From a virus (lineage: Duplodnaviria > Caudoviricetes), in the IMG/VR virus record IMGVR_UViG_3300034682_000170, positions 1 through 27,345 of that record: a stretch of DNA of 27,345 bases. One strand, 5' to 3'. Each line of letters opens with the position of its first letter. Within the stretch, counting starts at the first letter, position 1. This document shows positions 22,908-27,345 of this stretch, in pieces. The notes below the pieces were generated by a model. The model did no database searches and was not told where the DNA came from. It saw only the letters and a list, made by a program, of their open reading frames with translations. The position numbers were made by a program, and so were the translations under genes.

Positions 22908-24119
22908 TTAAGCAGCCTTGAGGGTCAGCGCCTTGACGGCTGCGGTATCTTCCAGCAGCGCATCGAAGCGGTGGAACATCAGGAAGCCGACCAGACCGGC
23001 CTCGGCATACTTCTCGTCCAGACGGCGCAGGGCCATCCCTTTGACGCGGCGGATCTGGAAGTAGCTGAAATCGCCATAGAGCACCGCTTTCTTGCCAGCG
23101 GCCACATCCGGCATGCCCTGGTCGATCTGGTACTGATCGCCGTCAATGGTCGCCGGGGCAACACCGGACACATCCGGCAGCCACAGCGGGCGGCCATTAC
23201 CGTCCTTGAGTTCCTTGAAGCCGAGCAGGGTGTTGTCGTTGAACACCCAGCGGGTGTTGCCTGCGCGATAGGCCGGATCCACCGAGTGTTTGAGCTTGAG
23301 CAGATCACCGTGGGCAATGGAGCCCGCCACCGCAGAAGTCACACCACCGGTCAGCTGCATGGTCAGACCCTTGATGTTGTTGCCCTGGCCGTCACCGTTC
23401 AGCAGTTGCTTTGCTTCACCTCGGCCGAGGCGAGATCCGATGCGGCGGGCGATCAGGCCAATGACATCCACGCCGCTATCTTGCAGCAACTCGTCACTGA
23501 TCTTGATGGTCTTGGAGGTCATCTTCTTGGCACCGATGGCAATCTGGCCAAAGTCCATGTCCTTATCGCCACCCTCTTCGGCTTCACCGATCATGACGCC
23601 TTCATCCGCAGTGCCATCAGTGGTCACCCAGGTAATGGGCTGACCGCCATCGGTTTCGAACACGGTAGAGATATTGGCCACACCGCCGAAGGCTTTCATG
23701 GTTTCCACAACGCGGTTGCGGAATTCGGTGGGAACGGTAAATCCGCCCTTGGAGTCCACGTTGGTCGCCTGGGCGCGCATTTCCTTGAACAGCGAACGCT
23801 CCTCGCTGGAGAGTGCCGGGTAGCCACCGCGCAACACGGTTTCCAGCACCTTCATCTGGCGGGCTTCGGCGACACTGGTGTCGAGGTCAATCCCAGAGCG
23901 GCGTTCCGGCTCGTTGTTGATTTTGTCAGAGTCCAGGTTGAGCAGGCGCTCTTCGCGGGCTATCTGGGCATCCAGGTCATCCAGCTCCTGGATCATGTCT
24001 CCCCACTTCTTGGAGGCGGCGTCATCCCAACGCTTCTCGCTGTGTTCATCGTTCAGCGTGCGCATCTGACCGGCGATGGTGCTGCGCTTCTGCTTCAGTT
24101 CGTGCAATTTCATGGGCAT
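22908..24119 (-). CDS. major capsid protein, HK97 family
   Basis: 403 aa; coiled-coil delta domain, GGFTVP, ISDELLQDS, LKDGNGRPLW, GDFS. Confidence 0.95.
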   Translation of the reverse strand: MPMKLHELKQKRSTIAGQMRTLNDEHSEKRWDDAASKKWGDMIQELDDLDAQIAREERLLNLDSDKINNEPERRSGIDLDTSVAEARQMKVLETVLRGGYPALSSEERSLFKEMRAQATNVDSKGGFTVPTEFRNRVVETMKAFGGVANISTVFETDGGQPITWVTTDGTADEGVMIGEAEEGGDKDMDFGQIAIGAKKMTSKTIKISDELLQDSGVDVIGLIARRIGSRLGRGEAKQLLNGDGQGNNIKGLTMQLTGGVTSAVAGSIAHGDLLKLKHSVDPAYRAGNTRWVFNDNTLLGFKELKDGNGRPLWLPDVSGVAPATIDGDQYQIDQGMPDVAAGKKAVLYGDFSYFQIRRVKGMALRRLDEKYAEAGLVGFLMFHRFDALLEDTAAVKALTLKAA

Positions 24120-24137
24120 ACGCTCCGTTATGGCAAT

Positions 24138-24158
24138 AAAAAACCCGCCGAAGCGGGT
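24138..24158 (-). terminator. intrinsic terminator (UUCG loop) between protease and capsid
   Basis: Minus strand CCCGC-TTCG-GCGGG-TTTTTT. Confidence 0.65.
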
Positions 24159-24175
24159 CAGGTTTTACAGCACCA

Positions 24176-24772
24176 TCAGGCGCCAATCAGTTGTAAAAGT
24201 CGTTCTCGCCGCTCGCGGGCCTCGTCTTCCTTGGCGCGAGTCTCTTTGTTCACAAACTCCTGCATGGAGCGGGAGGCGGCGGTGGCGTCAGGGTAAGCGG
24301 GAAAGGCCACCGGCCCCACATCGTAGAGGCGGGCGAACTTGGTGATCTCCCGCGTCAGTAACCCATCGTCATCGTAAAACCAGCGCTCGCCATCATGGGC
24401 CACCTTGAACTGGAATGAGCTGGCATCGATGTCGCCACGCAGCATGGGGGCCAGCACCAGATCTTGCACCGTCTGGGTTTCAGGTGCGTCAATCTCGTAA
24501 CGCAACCCCTCATCATCTATCGACAGGTGCAAGGTGCCGCTCTTGGTACGGCCAAGAACAAAGTTTCGGTCATGGTTGAACAGTCCCCGCACATCGTCCT
24601 GCATCACCCCGTCGAAGGCGCCTGGCTTGATGATTTCACGAAAGCCGCCGAGGTTTTCACTCAGGCGGTTAAACACTGCGCCATAACCGACTATCTTCGG
24701 ACCTTGCCCGTCAACGGCAGGATCGGCTCGCACTTCACAGCGAAAGAAGCGGCGTTCGCTATCATTCGGCAT
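24176..24772 (-). CDS. prohead protease, HK97 family
   Basis: GYGAVFN, FREIIKPGAF, LFNHD, SSFQF, PAYPD. Confidence 0.93.
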   Translation of the reverse strand: MPNDSERRFFRCEVRADPAVDGQGPKIVGYGAVFNRLSENLGGFREIIKPGAFDGVMQDDVRGLFNHDRNFVLGRTKSGTLHLSIDDEGLRYEIDAPETQTVQDLVLAPMLRGDIDASSFQFKVAHDGERWFYDDDGLLTREITKFARLYDVGPVAFPAYPDATAASRSMQEFVNKETRAKEDEARERRERLLQLIGA

Positions 24773-26009
24773 TGGTCACCTCATCTTCTTGTTGTTTGTT
24801 GTCCTGCTGGCTGGCGGCGTTGACCGAGATCAGGAAGTTGTCGAGCCCATCGACCCGGTTCATATCTTCCAGCACCCGCACCTCATTGCGGTTCATCCAG
24901 CCATCGGTGATGGCGTAGTGGTAGAACTCGGCACGCTCTTTGGCGGTGCCGCGCAGCAGGCCCGCCAGGTTGAACTTGACGTAGTAACCGGCCCGCAGCT
25001 CGGCCTCGGTGAACACTTTGCGGTTGATCTCCTGCTCCCAGCGCACCACCCAGGGCATCACGCTATGGCGGACGAAGTGGATCGCCTGCTCGCTGATGTT
25101 GGAGAAGGTGGCCTTGTCCAGGTCGTTGATCATGTGGCTCGGCACGTTGTAGATCCCCGCGATCTCGCTACGGTTCATCTTCTGCGTTTCGAGAAACTGC
25201 GCCTCTTCCGGCGGGATGGTGATCGCCTTGTAATCCAGATCACCGGTCAGCAAGGCGGTGCGCCCGCTGCCCTTGCCGATACCACCTTCACGCCATGAGC
25301 TTTTCAGGTTGGCGCGATGCTGCCTGCCTTGATCTGCCGCCATATTCGGCGTCTTGTCGATCAGGATGCCGGACGGCCGCCCACCGCCACCAAAGAACTG
25401 GGAGCCATATTTCTTGGTGGCCAGACCGAGGCCGATGGTCTCAGCGTGATAGCGGATAGGGCTGGCACCCCACAGCTTGTCGGCGCCAAAGCCCTTGATG
25501 TGCACCGCGTCATAGATGGGCAGGGCAAACCAGCGATGCTCCTGATCGTCATATGCCGGGTAGTACCAACCGGACTGGCCGCGCTGCGGCTTGCCGATAT
25601 GCTCGGGGTCAAACAATGCCAGCTCGGTCAGCTGACCCGTTCGGCGATCCCGGATCAGGCGAGTGATCGCATTGCCGTTCGCCAACACCACTTGCTGCGA
25701 CTGCTCCCGCCAGTCATAACTGCTCTGGAACAGGTTGGGCGATGCCGACAGCAGGTAATGGGCCGGGTGGTCGGTGCCTGGCACCACATCCCCCCCCTGC
25801 TTGCGCAGCACATGGAGCGGCATCTGGGCCATGCTGCTGGACAGACGATGGATACAGGAGTACACCGCCGCCAGCCTCATGGAGCTGGCAGGCGTCACCG
25901 AGACCCCGCTCTCGGTGGTGGCCCCCAGGCCAAACCATTCAGCGAGACCAGGATCGGATGAGCTGATGGTTTCACTGCGGGCCTCAGCCCCGAACAGCAG
26001 ACTGAACAT
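24762..26009 (-). CDS. portal protein, HK97 family
   Basis: AVYSCIHRLSSSMAQMPL, AQFLETQK, IYNVPSHMI, ATFSNISEQ. Confidence 0.95.
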   Translation of the reverse strand: MFSLLFGAEARSETISSSDPGLAEWFGLGATTESGVSVTPASSMRLAAVYSCIHRLSSSMAQMPLHVLRKQGGDVVPGTDHPAHYLLSASPNLFQSSYDWREQSQQVVLANGNAITRLIRDRRTGQLTELALFDPEHIGKPQRGQSGWYYPAYDDQEHRWFALPIYDAVHIKGFGADKLWGASPIRYHAETIGLGLATKKYGSQFFGGGGRPSGILIDKTPNMAADQGRQHRANLKSSWREGGIGKGSGRTALLTGDLDYKAITIPPEEAQFLETQKMNRSEIAGIYNVPSHMINDLDKATFSNISEQAIHFVRHSVMPWVVRWEQEINRKVFTEAELRAGYYVKFNLAGLLRGTAKERAEFYHYAITDGWMNRNEVRVLEDMNRVDGLDNFLISVNAASQQDNKQQEDEVTNAE

Positions 26010-26193
26010 CGCGGCCCCCTTGTTTCTTGAGCTTTACCAGTACCAAGACAGTCAGCAAAACCAGACCGACCAGCAGACCGCCAGCCAGCAGCAGGGCAGG
26101 GCCTAAGCCATACATCAGGTAGGTTCCACCGCTCATCAGCAGGACGCCGAGCAGCAGGGCCGCATCAATCAAGTACCGCGTCCGTTGGGTCAT
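25984..26193 (-). CDS. small two-TM protein between terminase and portal
   Basis: 69 aa hydrophobic ORF from ATG 26193; position typical of HK97-like phages. Confidence 0.7.
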   Translation of the reverse strand: MTQRTRYLIDAALLLGVLLMSGGTYLMYGLGPALLLAGGLLVGLVLLTVLVLVKLKKQGGRDVQSAVRG

Positions 26194-27345
26194 AATCATC
26201 ATCCAGGTAGGGGCTGCTGTAAGCGCCCTTGTTAAGCATGGCGCGGCCGATTGCCATGATGGCAGCCATCGCACCGTCTATCTTGTTGTCCTTGCCCTCC
26301 TTGCGAGGGAACACGTTTTCGTTGGCATCCTCACGCGCCGTCACGTTGCCGACCATCCAGTTCATCACCGGGTTATCGTCATGGTGCAGGCGGCCAGCCG
26401 CCAGCGCGGACTCCATCTCCTTCATCGGCGGCGACAGGTGCGCCGTGGTCTGAGGGATCGCCACCGGCAACCAGCCAGCGGTTGCCAGCTGTTGGGCCAG
26501 CTGGGCACTGTTCCATGGGTCGTGCGGGATCTCGCGGGGTGAGTAGGTGCTGGCCAGGGCCGCCACCTCTTCGCCTATCTCGCCGAAATCAATCTCCGCC
26601 CCATCCGTGGGCGTCAGTGCCATGCCGCCAGCATTGGGCCACACCGTCGAGATCCACTGCTGGTACTTGTCCAGGTTGCGGTTGTCCGGGTCGTTGGTGG
26701 TGTCCTCCGGCAGCCAATGGCGGGTGAACAGGTAGTAATGCAGCAGGCCATCCGCCTCATAGCGAGCAAAGCAGATCGCCAGTGAGCAGACGTCCAGCTT
26801 GCTGGCAAGGTCGAGCGCGAACCAGCAAGGGCAGCCAATAAAATCCTCAATCTTCAATGACGCATCGGCGGCACTGCGCCAATGGTCGTAGTTGAAGAAG
26901 GTGGAGCTGGCGGTCGTCCATTTGTTGAGGTGCTTGATCAGGTACTTGGTGAGGTGCCGCGCATTGCGCTTGGCCCGCATCAGCTGAGCAAGCAGGTAGT
27001 CCTCAAACACCGACACCCCATAGTTTGGGTTGGCCTTGCGCAGGCTGGCCGGGTCAAAGATGTCGTCGTCATCGTCAATGGTGTAGATCAGGGCGAACAG
27101 CTCTTCGTCCGGCTCGGCACCACTGAGCATTTTGACGCACTCATCCCAGAACTGTTTGCATGGGCCAGCCGGGTTAACCCCTGCCGTGCTGATCACCAGC
27201 ATCATGGGCTGCTCTCGCGCCCCCTGGCCGGTCTCCATGGTGTCATACAGTTCAGGGCTGTCATGTTCGTGGTACTCATCGACTATCGCCAGGTGCGGGC
27301 TTGAGCCATCACCCGGATTGCCGATCACCGGCTCAAACACCGAGC
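26165..27345 (-). CDS. terL: terminase large subunit (5' truncated)
   Basis: Walker B IVDEYHEH, ISTAG, KANPN, LDLASKLD, HDPWN, KIDG nuclease motifs. Confidence 0.95.
   Translation of the reverse strand, partial: SVFEPVIGNPGDGSSPHLAIVDEYHEHDSPELYDTMETGQGAREQPMMLVISTAGVNPAGPCKQFWDECVKMLSGAEPDEELFALIYTIDDDDDIFDPASLRKANPNYGVSVFEDYLLAQLMRAKRNARHLTKYLIKHLNKWTTASSTFFNYDHWRSAADASLKIEDFIGCPCWFALDLASKLDVCSLAICFARYEADGLLHYYLFTRHWLPEDTTNDPDNRNLDKYQQWISTVWPNAGGMALTPTDGAEIDFGEIGEEVAALASTYSPREIPHDPWNSAQLAQQLATAGWLPVAIPQTTAHLSPPMKEMESALAAGRLHHDDNPVMNWMVGNVTAREDANENVFPRKEGKDNKIDGAMAAIMAIGRAMLNKGAYSSPYLDDDYDPTDAVLD

Larger units (their letters stand above)
1..27345. mobile_element. phage-plasmid (temperate siphophage with plasmid replicon and partition system)
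   Basis: Virion operon, immunity region, repA/ori, parA and dif-like site are contiguous; no host genes or att junction seen. Confidence 0.88.

Noticed and set aside
25984-26193. Holin
   Set aside because: No endolysin nearby, and the position between terminase and portal is typical of a different small membrane protein. The lysis cassette is probably outside the window.
12228-26850. Many long plus-strand and alternate-frame ORFs (e.g. 14569-15576, 18323-19198, 22971-24296)
   Set aside because: Antisense shadows of GC-rich structural genes, with no motifs or RBS support.

Overview
Most of a temperate HK97/lambda-like siphophage that is also a plasmid (phage-plasmid). The host is probably gammaproteobacterial and Aeromonas-like; this is inferred from protein style, the E. 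coli-type LexA box and the dif-like site, and is not provable here. The minus strand carries a complete virion operon from terL (partial) through portal, protease, capsid, head-tail, tail, tape measure and tail tip to an Mtd/CLec-type tail fibre. It also carries an IncFII-family repA with an antisense-RNA control region, and a cro-led early operon ending in a Q-like antiterminator and a tyrosine recombinase. The plus strand carries a cI-like repressor, a LuxR-HTH operon, a type Ib parA/parG-like pair with three 11-bp-period AT-rich arrays, and an XRE regulator. A DnaA-box origin and an XerCD/dif-like site lie downstream of repA. The most striking feature is the induction logic. The repressor's S24 domain lacks both catalytic residues. 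Two paralogous ~80-aa small proteins share the motif RLxxxLxxLVxYxxPEVCD: one sits behind a perfect LexA box, the other is divergent from the XRE regulator. I hypothesise a two-input antirepressor switch (SOS plus an unknown signal), whose operator motifs also recur upstream of repA. All family calls are by motif recognition; no searches were run.
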